NCBI GenBank assembly: GCA_950097015.1
Contig: CATNEN010000013.1
Location: forward strand, 744,001-808,000
Length of the DNA stretch: 64,000 nt
DNA from: Macrostomum hystrix
Taxonomy: Eukaryota > Animalia > Platyhelminthes
Reading direction: 5' to 3'
The position numbers and the translations under genes are program-made. Every line of letters begins with the position of its first letter. The stretch's first letter is position 1. Shown in pieces: positions 37,975-48,275 of this stretch. The notes under the pieces are model-generated. The model saw nothing but the letters and a program-made list of their open reading frames with translations. It searched no databases and was not told the origin of the DNA.

Positions 37975-38330
37975 CCTGAGATTATCCAGCGCGGAGATTG
38001 TCTCACCTGAGATTATCCAGCGCGGAGATTGTCTCACCTGAGATTATCCAGCGCGGAGATTGTCTCACCTGAGATTATCCAGCGCGGAGATTGTCTCACC
38101 TGAGATTATCCAGCGCGGAGATTGCCTCACCTGAGATTATCCAGCGCGGAGATTGCCTCACCTGAGATTATCCAGCGCGGAGATTGCCTCACCTGAGATT
38201 ATCCAGCGCGGAGATTGCCTCACCTGAGATTATCCAGCGCGGAGGTTGTCTCACCTGAGATTATCCAGCGCGGAGATTGTCTCACCTGAGATTATCCAGC
38301 GCGGAGATTGTCTCACCTGAGATTATCGAG
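37975..38330. repeat. 31-bp minisatellite CCTGAGATTATCCAGCGCGGAGATTGTCTCA
   Basis: About 11 tandem units. Confidence 0.95.
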
Positions 38331-39496
38331 CGCTGTGGTGGTCTCACGTGTGATTATCCCTCCAAGAGATTTTCTTCCCTTAGTTACTGCAATAAAAGAA
38401 ATTATTCTAAATGAAGTTTTTTTCTCTTTAGTTTTCCCATAGAAAGTGTTAGAAATTTTGTTTTGTTCTTTTAGCTTCTGAGTTCTTTAAAATCAATGCT
38501 CAATTGAGTACATTTGGCGGCTTACTTCAAAGAGTTGCTGGGGTCAATTTAGAAAACAGAAAAAGGCACAACTGCAATAAAAAGCGCAGCTGTGTGATAA
38601 GATTCAGGTGACTTGTAAAATTAGATTTTTTTATTACAATCTAAATCTTGCTCACACAGAATTATTATTATAGGTGAGTAAGTTAAATAGACAATACAAT
38701 TTACTATCCTTCAGTTGAGCACTGTGCCCAACACATGAGGGACTCATAGTAATATCTTTTTGGACTCAGTGAATAAAATCTGATTAAAATCTTGCAAGTA
38801 GTGTTTGCGCTTCCAAACTGCTTATGAAATAGGGCTCTGCAGCTATCGCCATTTCGTGTTTACGCGCTTCGTCAGTTTATAATTGTGCCGTGAGCCAGAG
38901 TTTAAATAATACAAGTTGTGTAGGAATGCTATTTATTGTTAGAATCTATATAGCATAGCACAGGTTGCTAATTTTCTTACTCCGGCCGGAAATTGCTTTG
39001 CATGTGGGCTCCGAACGGATTGAGAAAGATTTCTATCGCTTATGGAGGTCATTTTGGTCCACGAACAGTTTTGCTTGCTGTTTGACTATTTGTGTAGATT
39101 GCTAGAGAAATTCAGGTATAATTCTAATAGCAATTATAAGGGGGTCATATTTGAAATGATTAGACAATTAAACTTAATAAAAGCTGCATTTCAGTTAGTT
39201 AGTGGCGCATGTACTAATTACATGATGGATAAACAAATGTACTTTTATCCAATTAACCGCTTGTTAAAGTAGCGTTTTTTATTTTAGGAAATAAAGCTGC
39301 CCTCGATACCGTAGCTCTGTCCTACCTATAGAATTGAGCCTATAGTTGAGTAGCTACATGCTCTCCCTGAGAAACTACCTCAGTTGATTCCGTTCCGAAA
39401 TATTTTATAGTGCTTTTTCTGTTTCTTGCAGGTTAAAGCAAGGGTCTGGATTTCTAAGTAATTAATTATCTTTCGAGCATTTTTTTGCGAAATACA

Positions 39497-42400
39497 TGTA
39501 GGAATTGTGAAACGCGACTGTTTGTAGTAGTCGATAGCCGAAATAACATAAGAGCGAATAATATGCGATACAGTATATTTTATTATAAAATCTGAGTTTG
39601 AGCTGGGGTGGCGGCTAAAGCCGCACCCCGTACATTAGCTAACGTGCGTGCCAAGGGGGGAGAGAGGCGGCAGAGAGAAAGAACGTAGAACGCCGCCAAC
39701 CCCACGCACGCGTGACGGCTGGCGCCGCCTACACTTCTCCCCCCCAAAGGAATAAAACGAAATAGGAAAAAACTAAACTTTGAACACGAGATTAACAGTT
39801 CAGATGATAGAAACTTAATGAATGATTAGAGCACAATTCCTTAGTTACTTGTACCGCTTAGGCTTGTCACGGGCAGCTCTAGGATGGCGTCTCAGTGCCA
39901 CGGCATCATTTTCCTGACCAGTATCCTGGCCGACAGGCGGAGGCGTGCCGGCAGGCGGAGGTGGGCCGGCAGGCGGGCCGGCAGGTGGGCCGGCAGGCGG
40001 GCCGGCAGGCGGGCCGGCAGGCGGGCCGGCAGGCGGGCCGGCAGGCGGGCCGGCAGGCGGGCCGGCAGGCGGGCCGGCAGGCGGGCCGGCAGGCGGGCCG
40101 GCAGGCGGGCCGGCAGGCGGGCCGGCAGGCGGGCCGGCAGGCGGGCCGGCAGGCGGGCCGGCAGGCGGGCCGGCAGGCGGGCCGGCAGGCGGGCCGGCAG
40201 GCGGGCCGGCAGGCGGGCCGGCAGGCGGGCCGGCAGGCGGGCCGGAAGGCGGGCCGGCAGGCGGGCCGGCAGGCGGGCCGGCAGTCGGGAAAATTGGTCG
40301 TAGCTGAGTCACGTGTCGCATGCAGGACTGTTGGCCTCGTCGTAGGATGCAGGTGTCGCCTCGAACCTCTTCTACCGTCCAAGGCTGGGTCTCGAATGGC
40401 AGCTGAGTTTTGATGCGTGTCTGCTGCTTTCGGAGAACCATTGTGCCGGGAACTACTCTGTGCTCCTTGGCGGTGTTGCGCTTGTCAAAGGCTCGCTTCA
40501 TTTCGCGCGTGTACTGCCGACTCCAGTCCCTCACGGCTTGATGGTCGCATCCAGTCACAGTTGGCTGCCGAATAGCCGGGATTCCGTCGTTGATCGCCCT
40601 GCCCATGAGTAGCTCGGCCGGGGTGCGTCCTGTGGCTCTGTGTGGCGTGGTGCGGAATGCCAGTAGCCAGTCGTCTAGGGCCTCTCTCCAGTTCCGGCCC
40701 TCAGCAATCGCCGTCTTGATCACCTTGCCGATACTGCGGTTGACGCGTTCGGTGGCTCCGTTGGACTCCGGGTGCAGCGGACAGATAAGCCGGTGATGAA
40801 CCCCATAATCGGTGAGGAAGTTGCGAAATTCAGCGGAGTTGAAGGGCGGTCCGTTGTCCGTAATGACCTCCGCAGGAATTCCGTGGCGACTGAAGAGCCG
40901 TCTCAGGTGCGGTGTCACGCTGCCGGCCGTGGTTGACTGCATTACGTCGACTTCTGGGTATTTGGAGTACAAGTCGGTGGTGACGAGCAGCATGTGACCT
41001 TGCACCGGACCGTAGAAGTCCATGCCGAGCAGCTGCCAAGGCCCGTCGGGCATTTCCGTCGGCTTTAGAGGCGTCTGCTGCACGTGCGTTGCCGCTGCCT
41101 GACAGTAGATGCAGCACTTGACAAAGACTTCGCAGTCGCTGTACATTTTGGGCCACCAGACCTTGGTTTGCAGGCGCTTGAGAGTCCTGTCCGCCCCGAG
41201 GTGTCCGGTGTGAGCCAGCTGCAGGATCGGCCTCCGCAGTGCCTCGGGGATGACGATGAGATCTCCGCGAAGCAGGACGCCGTCGTTCTCGGTTAGTTCG
41301 CTGCTGATGGACTTGAATGAGCGTTGCACCGGGCTGAGAGTGTTCCAGTTGCCGGTTCTGATCGCGCCGAGTGCAGCCTGCATTTCCGCATCAGATCTTG
41401 CAGCCTCTCTGATCTTTTGGATTGTGAAGCCCTTTGGCACGGCACCAGTTGATACAGCGTTGACGTGGGCTTCATCGATGACCTCGCCGATGTTTGGCCT
41501 CGACTCCGGCAGCGGCTGGCGGCTAAGCAGATCGGCTGGATTTGCTGGTCCCGGCCTGTACAACAGAGTAAAGCGGAGGTGCTGGATGCGGAGGGCCATT
41601 CGCTCGATCCGCGGCGGTGGGCGGGAACCCGGCTTGAACAGTGGAACGAGGGGCCGGTGGTCCGTCACAACGGTGAAGTTCGGGTCGCCTGCCAGGTAAT
41701 GTTCGAATTTCAGGCAGGCGAACTTGATGGCCAGCGCCTCCCGCTCAATCTGCGCATACCGCTGCTCCACCGGCGACAGAGCTCTGCTGGCATAGGCCAC
41801 GGGCCGGCTGCTGCCGTCTGGCTGCTTCTGGGTGAGAATGGCGCCGAGTCCGATCGGAGATGCGTCCACCAGGAGCTCCGTGTGCCGCTTGCGATCGAAG
41901 AATGCTAGCGTGTCGGCGTTGGCAATTGCACTTTTGATGCTGTTGAATGCCTTGGTGTGGCTGTCGGTCCATTCCCACGGCTGGCCCTTTTTAGTCAGTT
42001 GGCGCAGCGGGGCTGACACGTCAGCGTATCCAGAAATAAACTTCGCCAGAAAGTTTGCTGTGCCGAGGAATGACCGTATTTCTGAGACATTGGCGGGCTG
42101 CCGGAAGTCCTGCATTGCTTGGATCTTCTCGGCAGCTGGTTGGATGCCCTTGGCTGACATATGCATTCCGAGGAAGTCGACTGCTGGCTTGGCGAACTTG
42201 CACTTGTCTTTGTTCAACGTGATGCCAAACTCGCGGAGGCGTTGAAGACATAGATCCAGTCTTTCATGATGTTGTTTGATATCTGCGGCGTACACGATGA
42301 CATCGTCATGGACCCACCTGACGCCGTCAATGCCGCTGAGGATGCCTAGCATAACCCGTTGAAGGATTTCTGAGGCGTTGGTAAATCCCATGCTCAGCCG

Positions 42401-44396
42401 CTTCAGTCGCATCAGTCCGAGCGGCGTGCTGAATGTGAACAGATGTCGGCTGTCTTCGTGCACGGGGATCTGATAGAAAGCTTTCCGGATGTCGAGCTCG
42501 CTGAAAAGCTTGGCTCCAGACATCTCCTCGGTGACTTCGTCCAGTGTCGGGATCTGCTGCTTTTCCGGAACAACGAAGGCGTTCAAGTCGCGAAGGTCTT
42601 GGCATATTCTGACGCCGCCGTCCGCCTTGGGCACTACGACCATGCGTGCCACCCAGGCGCTGGGTCCCTTGACTGCTTCGATGATGTCCTGTCGCTCCAA
42701 TGCCTTCAGCTCGTCCACCACGGTTGCTCTTAGATGCGCCGCTACCCGGGAAGGCGCGTGGCAGACTGGAACGGCGTCGCCTGACAGCTGCACTTTCACC
42801 TGCACGCCCTTGATGCATCCGATGCCTTCGAAGACTTCTCTGTGACGGTGCAGGATGTCTTGCAGCTGCGGTGACAATCCCGCTGTGCTGTTTGAGTGCA
42901 CGGCTTCCGTCTCGCTCGAATCGGGGCGCTGGATTTTGAGCACTCCTAGTCTGAATGCGGGCTCGCGACCGAGAATCGTCAGGCCGTCACCATCCATGAT
43001 GTAGAACGGAGTGACGGTGCTGGCTGATCCAACGTGGACTTGTAAGTCGGAGACACCCAGGATCTTCAGCGGTGAGGCGCAACCGTAGGCTCGCACCTCG
43101 GATTTTGGAGCTCGCAGATGCGGCCGGCGGAGGGTCTTGAAGGTGCATTTGCTCATAATGCTGCAGCTAGCTCCGCTGTCAATCATCATCGGGAGCTGCT
43201 GATCTCCCACTCGGATTTTCAGCGAGACGTCAGGCGGATAGATGCCTTCCCTGTGCAGTGTGAACACGTCTTGGCTGGAGGTGTCACCAGGAGCTGTGCG
43301 GTATGCGTTGGCGTGAATCTGCTGTTGGACTCTGTTGCTGCTTAACCGCGGCTGGCGGCAAGCCTTTGCTAGGTGGTTTGGCTTGCCGCAGTTGTGGCAG
43401 ATTTTGCCCTTGGCTGCGTCACAGGAAGCGTGGCCGCGCTCGCCGCAGCGGTAGCAAGTCTGTGACCGGCTCTGCCTGGCCTCGCTGTGTGGCGTGCGTT
43501 TGTCTGACGCTGTTTGGCTTCTATTGGCCACGCTGGCCACCTGCGACTCGGTGGTCTTCTCCATCTCAGCAGCCTGTTCTTCCGCAGCTTCGAATGCTCT
43601 GGCCTTCCGCAGCGCGTCTTCCAGTGAGATGTTTGCTTCCTGGAGCAGCCGTCTGCGCAGCTTGTCGGAGGTGCATGTAGCAACAAGTTGGTCTCGGATG
43701 AGGGAGTCGCGTAAGTCGCCGAATTCACATGGTTCAGCAGCCGTCCGCAGCCTGCTGTACCAAGCTTCGATTTTCTCACCAGATTGTTGGACACACAGAC
43801 GGAACTGGTATCGAGCGTAAACGATGTTCTTTCTATCGTCGAAGTGTTGCCTCAGTCCCTTGAAGATGGTCTGCAGTGTGTGTTCCTGCTCCTGGCCGTC
43901 GGCGTCAGACCTGGGCTTTGGTAGTTCCCGAATGATGTCCGAGACTTCCTTTCCGGCCGTGTAGCAGAGCAGCTTGCATTTTTGGTTTTCATTGGCAATT
44001 CCGGATGCCTCAATAAAGTCTGCGAATCGCGCTGCCCATTCGTTCCAACGTTTGCCCGCGTTGTGCGGGTCGTGAGTAATGAGAAATGGCTCGGGTGGAG
44101 GTAGAGAAACGTAGCTTGTGGCCATGCCCCGCGTTGGCTGCGATGGCTTGCGATGCCACTGTAGGAATTGTGAAACGCGACTGTTTGTAGTAGTCGATAG
44201 CCGAAATAACATAAGAGCGAATAATATGCGATACAGTATATTTTATTATAAAATCTGAGTTTGAGCTGGGGTGGCGGCTAAAGCCGCACCCCGTACATTA
44301 GCTAACGTGCGTGCCAAGGGGGGAGAGAGGCGGCAGAGAGAAAGAACGTAGAACGCCGCCAACCCCACGCACGCGTGACGGCTGGCGCCGCCTACA
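39497..44396 (-). mobile_element. Full-length Ty3/Gypsy LTR retrotransposon
   Basis: 237-bp LTRs at 39497-39733 and 44160-44396 (TGTAGG...CCTACA), identical by eye. 5-bp TSD ATACA, PPT GGGGGGGAGAAG next to the 3' LTR, and PBS-like TGGCATCGC after the 5' LTR. Confidence 0.97.
39845..44125 (-). CDS. Single gag-pol ORF (CCHC, protease DSGA, RT WVHDD, RNase H, integrase) with a PPAG-repeat tail
   Basis: Uninterrupted ORF with Gypsy domain order RT-RH-IN. The likely start is MATSYVSLPPPEPF at 44125; the ORF-track start at 44212 lies inside the LTR. Confidence 0.95.
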   Translation of the reverse strand: MATSYVSLPPPEPFLITHDPHNAGKRWNEWAARFADFIEASGIANENQKCKLLCYTAGKEVSDIIRELPKPRSDADGQEQEHTLQTIFKGLRQHFDDRKNIVYARYQFRLCVQQSGEKIEAWYSRLRTAAEPCEFGDLRDSLIRDQLVATCTSDKLRRRLLQEANISLEDALRKARAFEAAEEQAAEMEKTTESQVASVANRSQTASDKRTPHSEARQSRSQTCYRCGERGHASCDAAKGKICHNCGKPNHLAKACRQPRLSSNRVQQQIHANAYRTAPGDTSSQDVFTLHREGIYPPDVSLKIRVGDQQLPMMIDSGASCSIMSKCTFKTLRRPHLRAPKSEVRAYGCASPLKILGVSDLQVHVGSASTVTPFYIMDGDGLTILGREPAFRLGVLKIQRPDSSETEAVHSNSTAGLSPQLQDILHRHREVFEGIGCIKGVQVKVQLSGDAVPVCHAPSRVAAHLRATVVDELKALERQDIIEAVKGPSAWVARMVVVPKADGGVRICQDLRDLNAFVVPEKQQIPTLDEVTEEMSGAKLFSELDIRKAFYQIPVHEDSRHLFTFSTPLGLMRLKRLSMGFTNASEILQRVMLGILSGIDGVRWVHDDVIVYAADIKQHHERLDLCLQRLREFGITLNKDKCKFAKPAVDFLGMHMSAKGIQPAAEKIQAMQDFRQPANVSEIRSFLGTANFLAKFISGYADVSAPLRQLTKKGQPWEWTDSHTKAFNSIKSAIANADTLAFFDRKRHTELLVDASPIGLGAILTQKQPDGSSRPVAYASRALSPVEQRYAQIEREALAIKFACLKFEHYLAGDPNFTVVTDHRPLVPLFKPGSRPPPRIERMALRIQHLRFTLLYRPGPANPADLLSRQPLPESRPNIGEVIDEAHVNAVSTGAVPKGFTIQKIREAARSDAEMQAALGAIRTGNWNTLSPVQRSFKSISSELTENDGVLLRGDLIVIPEALRRPILQLAHTGHLGADRTLKRLQTKVWWPKMYSDCEVFVKCCIYCQAAATHVQQTPLKPTEMPDGPWQLLGMDFYGPVQGHMLLVTTDLYSKYPEVDVMQSTTAGSVTPHLRRLFSRHGIPAEVITDNGPPFNSAEFRNFLTDYGVHHRLICPLHPESNGATERVNRSIGKVIKTAIAEGRNWREALDDWLLAFRTTPHRATGRTPAELLMGRAINDGIPAIRQPTVTGCDHQAVRDWSRQYTREMKRAFDKRNTAKEHRVVPGTMVLRKQQTRIKTQLPFETQPWTVEEVRGDTCILRRGQQSCMRHVTQLRPIFPTAGPPAGPPAGPPSGPPAGPPAGPPAGPPAGPPAGPPAGPPAGPPAGPPAGPPAGPPAGPPAGPPAGPPAGPPAGPPAGPPAGPPAGPPAGPPAGPPAGPPAGPPAGPPPPAGTPPPVGQDTGQENDAVALRRHPRAARDKPKRYK

Positions 44397-44571
44397 ATAC
44401 ACATTTAATAAAAAAAGTAAAATGATCCCTTTCGTTTTGTTTAGCTTAGTGTCTTTAAATTAAAAGTGTATTTGAATATATAGCTTGCATTTTTAAGTTT
44501 ATCACAGTGCCCAGGGGTCAATTATTTGCATGGGTTTCTAAAAACATCACTATCTATGACACTGACAGTAG

Positions 44572-45190
44572 TCTAAAGTCATTATCTATGGCTGGAGTCT
44601 CAAGTCATTATCTATGGATGGAGTCTCAAGTCATTATCTATGGCTGGAGTCTAAATCATGATCTATGGCTGGAGTCTAAATCATGATCTATGGCTGGAGT
44701 CTCAAGTCATTATCTATGGCTGGAGTCTCAAGTCATTATCTATGGATGGAGTCTCAAGTCATTATCTATGGCTGGAGTCTCCAGTCATTATCTATGGCTG
44801 GAGTCTCAAGTCATTATCTATGGCTGGATTCTAAAGTCATTATCTATGGCTGGAGTCTAAATTATGTTCTATGCCTCTAGTCTAAATCATGATCTATGGC
44901 TGGAGTCTAAAGTAATTATCTATGGCTGGAGTCTAAAGTAATCTATGGCTGGAGTCTAAAGTCATTATCTATGGCTTGAGTCTAAAGTAATTATCTATGG
45001 CTGTAGTCTAAAACCATTATCTGTGGCTAGTCTAAAGTAGTTATCAATGACAGGTGTCTAAGTAATTATCTATGACAGGTGTCTCAAGTAATTATGTGTC
45101 AGGTTTTTTAAGTAATTATTTGTGACAATAAAGTAATCATCTATGGCAGGTGTCAAATTATATATTTATGGCAGGTGTCTAAAGTAGTTA
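44572..45190. repeat. 26-bp minisatellite AAGTCATTATCTATGGCTGGAGTCTC, decaying 3'-ward
   Basis: Tandem units visible. Confidence 0.9.
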
Positions 45191-45255
45191 TCAGATTTAT
45201 TAAGAATCTTATTTGAAAAGAGCATTCATTCTCTTCCGCATTGGTTCCTTATCAG

Positions 45256-48033
45256 ATTCGGTCTAAGCCGACTACTCGACTCTGACAGTCCCACCGGTGG
45301 CGGCGGCGGCGGCTTCGGCTTTGGCGGCACGCACGCTGGCATTGAAGAGATGGTGGACAGTTTGCTAATGCTGAACGCTCTGGGCACGCAGAACGCCTTT
45401 CGCACCCTGACTGGCGGCGCCAGTAACGGCGTCGGACTGGGCAGTATCGGCACCGGCCACCGGCCGCCCGGCCACAAGGAGATCACCTCCGACCTGGACG
45501 TGTCGCTCTCCAGCAACGGCTCCAGCCTTGATTCGCCGCCGCACGACGCCCTGACTGCCCTGTCCCAGCTGGGCCTGCTGGACCCGGAATTGGCCGCTGC
45601 AGCTTCGGCCGGCGTGGCGCCCGCTCCGGCGCCATTGCACATCCGCACGCCGCTAATTGAGAGCCGACCGCTGGCCCGGGCACTCGGCATCAAAGGCTGC
45701 CGTGTGTGGATCAAACTGGAGAACTGTCAGCCAACTGGCTCCGTCTGTCTGCGTGGCATGGCCAACGCTGTGCGACGCGCCGCCGAGAGGGGTTTCACAC
45801 ACGTGAGTGTCATAGTTATTTGATTCCCACAGTTCTTTGATCTTGCCGCCAGGATACCCTAATTAGTTGTTTGATGTTTCCACCATGCTTCTAACTGGTT
45901 CTTAGATTTAGCTGCCGCTTATCCAGCCGGTCTTTATCTTGCCGCCGCACGTCTAATCGGTTCTTTGATCTAACCGACGAACTTTTAATCGGTACTTTGA
46001 TCTTGCCCCCACACTTCTAACCAATTATTTTATCTTGCCGCCACGACGATTCCCTAATTAGTTTTTTTATGTTTCCACCATGCTTCTAACCGGTTCTTAG
46101 AGTTTGCCGCCAATTTTCTAGCCGGTTTTTATTTTACCGCCGTACTTGTAACCGGTTCTATGATCTTACCGACGCATTTAAACTGGTTATTTCATCTTGC
46201 TTCCACACTTCTAACCGTTTCTTTGATCTTGCCGCCCATTTTCTAACCGGCTGTTTGATCTTAGCGCCGCACTTCAAACCGGTTATTTCACCTTGCTGCC
46301 ACAATTCTATCCGTTTCTTTGATCTTGCCACCACACTTCCCACCAGTTCTTTGATCTTGCCGCCTCACTTCCCACCAGTTCTTTGATATTGCCACCTCAC
46401 TTCTAACTGTTTATGTTATTTAGCCGCTTATTTTCTAACCGGCTGATTGATCTTACCGCCGCACTTCGAATCGGTACTTTCATCTTGCCGCCGCATTTCC
46501 CAACAGTTATTTATCTTTTGAACGTATCGCTCTCTTTTTTATAATTTCTCTGGGATTTATTTAAACTTTTCTCGCCAAAAGAAACCTTGTCTGTTAAATA
46601 GGCTTTAAATATTTTTTCTGCTTTCCATGACTTTAAAACAAATTTCTGCGTCATCGTTCGTGGGTAAACGGGGCAGTACCTAGAACGCGACAAGTTTAGA
46701 AATGTATCCTCAATAATAACTAGCTAACAAAATGGTTCATTCGACCAGCGAATTGTTCAACAGGCTTGCAACGATAAAAAGCAGAGCTGCAAATTGCAAC
46801 GAACGCAAATATAAATTCATTTTGATCCGCTTTGCGGACATTGTGAACAGAAATGTTTTTTTTAACAAGCGAATTTTGTGCGAAAAAAAACGATTTAAAG
46901 ATGCTGAATCTGAATTCCTTCGCATTCATTCCTTGCTGTTAACGTGCTTTAACAATTTTAGCTAGAATTCTAGTTGCATATCTTTTTATCAAGCTTTCTA
47001 TTTAAGCTATTTCGTCAATTGTATGCAATGTGCCTCTGCTACATATTTTTATAGAATTTTAGTCCATTTCTGCGTGAATATTTTTATTCCGAATCATGAG
47101 AATAGATATCCCCATTTTGGGAGAATCTGAGTTCAAATGAATTTTTTTATTAGGGATAATATTTATTGCTCTAAATTTTACTGTTATCCCAAAATGACAC
47201 CTGCACCTCCAGGTCGTGACAAGCAGCAGCAGCAGTGGCAACTGCGGCCTCGCCTGCGCATACGCGGCTGCCCGTCTGGGCCTTCAGTGCACTGTGGTGC
47301 TGCCCGACCCGCTGGCATGCGGCCCCGGCTCTGGCTCCGCTGCTAGCGGCTGCTTAGCCGAAGAGGTCCGCGCGCGCATCGCCGACGAAGGCGCCCAGGT
47401 TGTGCTGGCTGGCTCGGCCTGGCCGGAGGCGCACGCCAGAGCCGAAGTCCTGGCCAATCAGCTGGGCCACTGCGCCTGCCTGCTGCATCCCTTCGATAGC
47501 GAGGACGTCTGGGCCGGCTACAGCGGCCTAGTCGACGAAGTGGCCGAGGCGCTTAACGGCGAACAGCCGGACGCTGTCGTCCTACCCGTGTCCGGAGGTG
47601 GCCTGCTGTCTGGCATTGTAGCCGGCCTGTGGCGCTACGGGTGGGTGACAACGCCGATTATTGCTGCCGAAACACGCGGCGTTGATCATCTGGCCGCGGC
47701 TCTGGCTGGCGGCGGCGGCGGTGGCGGTGGCGGCCGTCCTTGCCAGCGCGCTCTGGAGGCGGCAGGTGAGCAGCCGCTACACGCGGTGGCCAGCAGCCAG
47801 GAGGAGGCAGCCAGGGCCTGTGTGAGCTTCCTTGGCCAGCATCAGCAGCTGACGGAGCCAGTCTGCGGAGCCGCCTTGGCCGCTGTGTACAACCGACAGT
47901 TTGGGCCGCAGCAGCTGCTGACCAGGCCTCACCCAGCTAACATCATCGTGCTCGTCACTGGCGGCCGCTCCGTGGGGGTTCAGCAACTGTTTGAACTGGC
48001 TGGAGGCTCCCCGCAGCCGCCATCGCCACTGCC

Positions 48034-48068
<35 letters not shown>

Positions 48069-48073
48069 CTTAG
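45256..48073 (+). CDS. Low-complexity linker plus serine/threonine dehydratase-like domain (exons 45256-45802 and 47213-48073), probably the C-terminus of the RRM gene
   Basis: PLHIRTPL...VWIKLENCQPTGSVCLRG, SSGNCGLACAYAA, HPFD...WAGY, SGGGLL and EPVCGAALAAVY match SDS/SDSL motifs as recalled. The phase-0 junction FTH|VVTSS is in frame. Confidence 0.88.
45835..46510. repeat. Degenerate ~39-bp tandem repeat (TTGATCTTGCCGCC..TTCTAACCGGTT)
   Basis: Recurring motif in the SDS-domain intron. Confidence 0.75.
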
Positions 48074-48169
48074 GAGGCGATATGTTTAGAAAAAGTAATA
48101 TAACTCTGGTTGCTGAAGAGCTACTCTATTTTAACAATGGCTAGAAAATTTGAATCAACATTTCACGAT

Positions 48170-48275
48170 GAACTAACTTTCAAAGCTGTCTAACATCAGC
48201 ATCGTCTAAATATTTAGTGATTTATGTCGAAGACCTTGGTGACAAGGGCAACTAGCATTGCTCTGTGTTATCCTG
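48170..48275 (+). repeat. Dispersed-repeat copy (SINE body as at 530-620)
   Basis: ACATCAGCAT...GAAGACCTTGGTGACAAGGGCAACTAGCATTGCTCTGTGTTA. Confidence 0.5.

Noticed and set aside
37266-38330. CRISPR-like regular arrays
   Set aside because: Units are directly adjacent with no unique spacers, there are no cas genes, and the context is eukaryotic.
39884-40413. RRAG, RQAG, GGPA and CRPA repeat ORFs
   Set aside because: Alternative frames and strand of the 12-bp array inside the Gypsy pol ORF.
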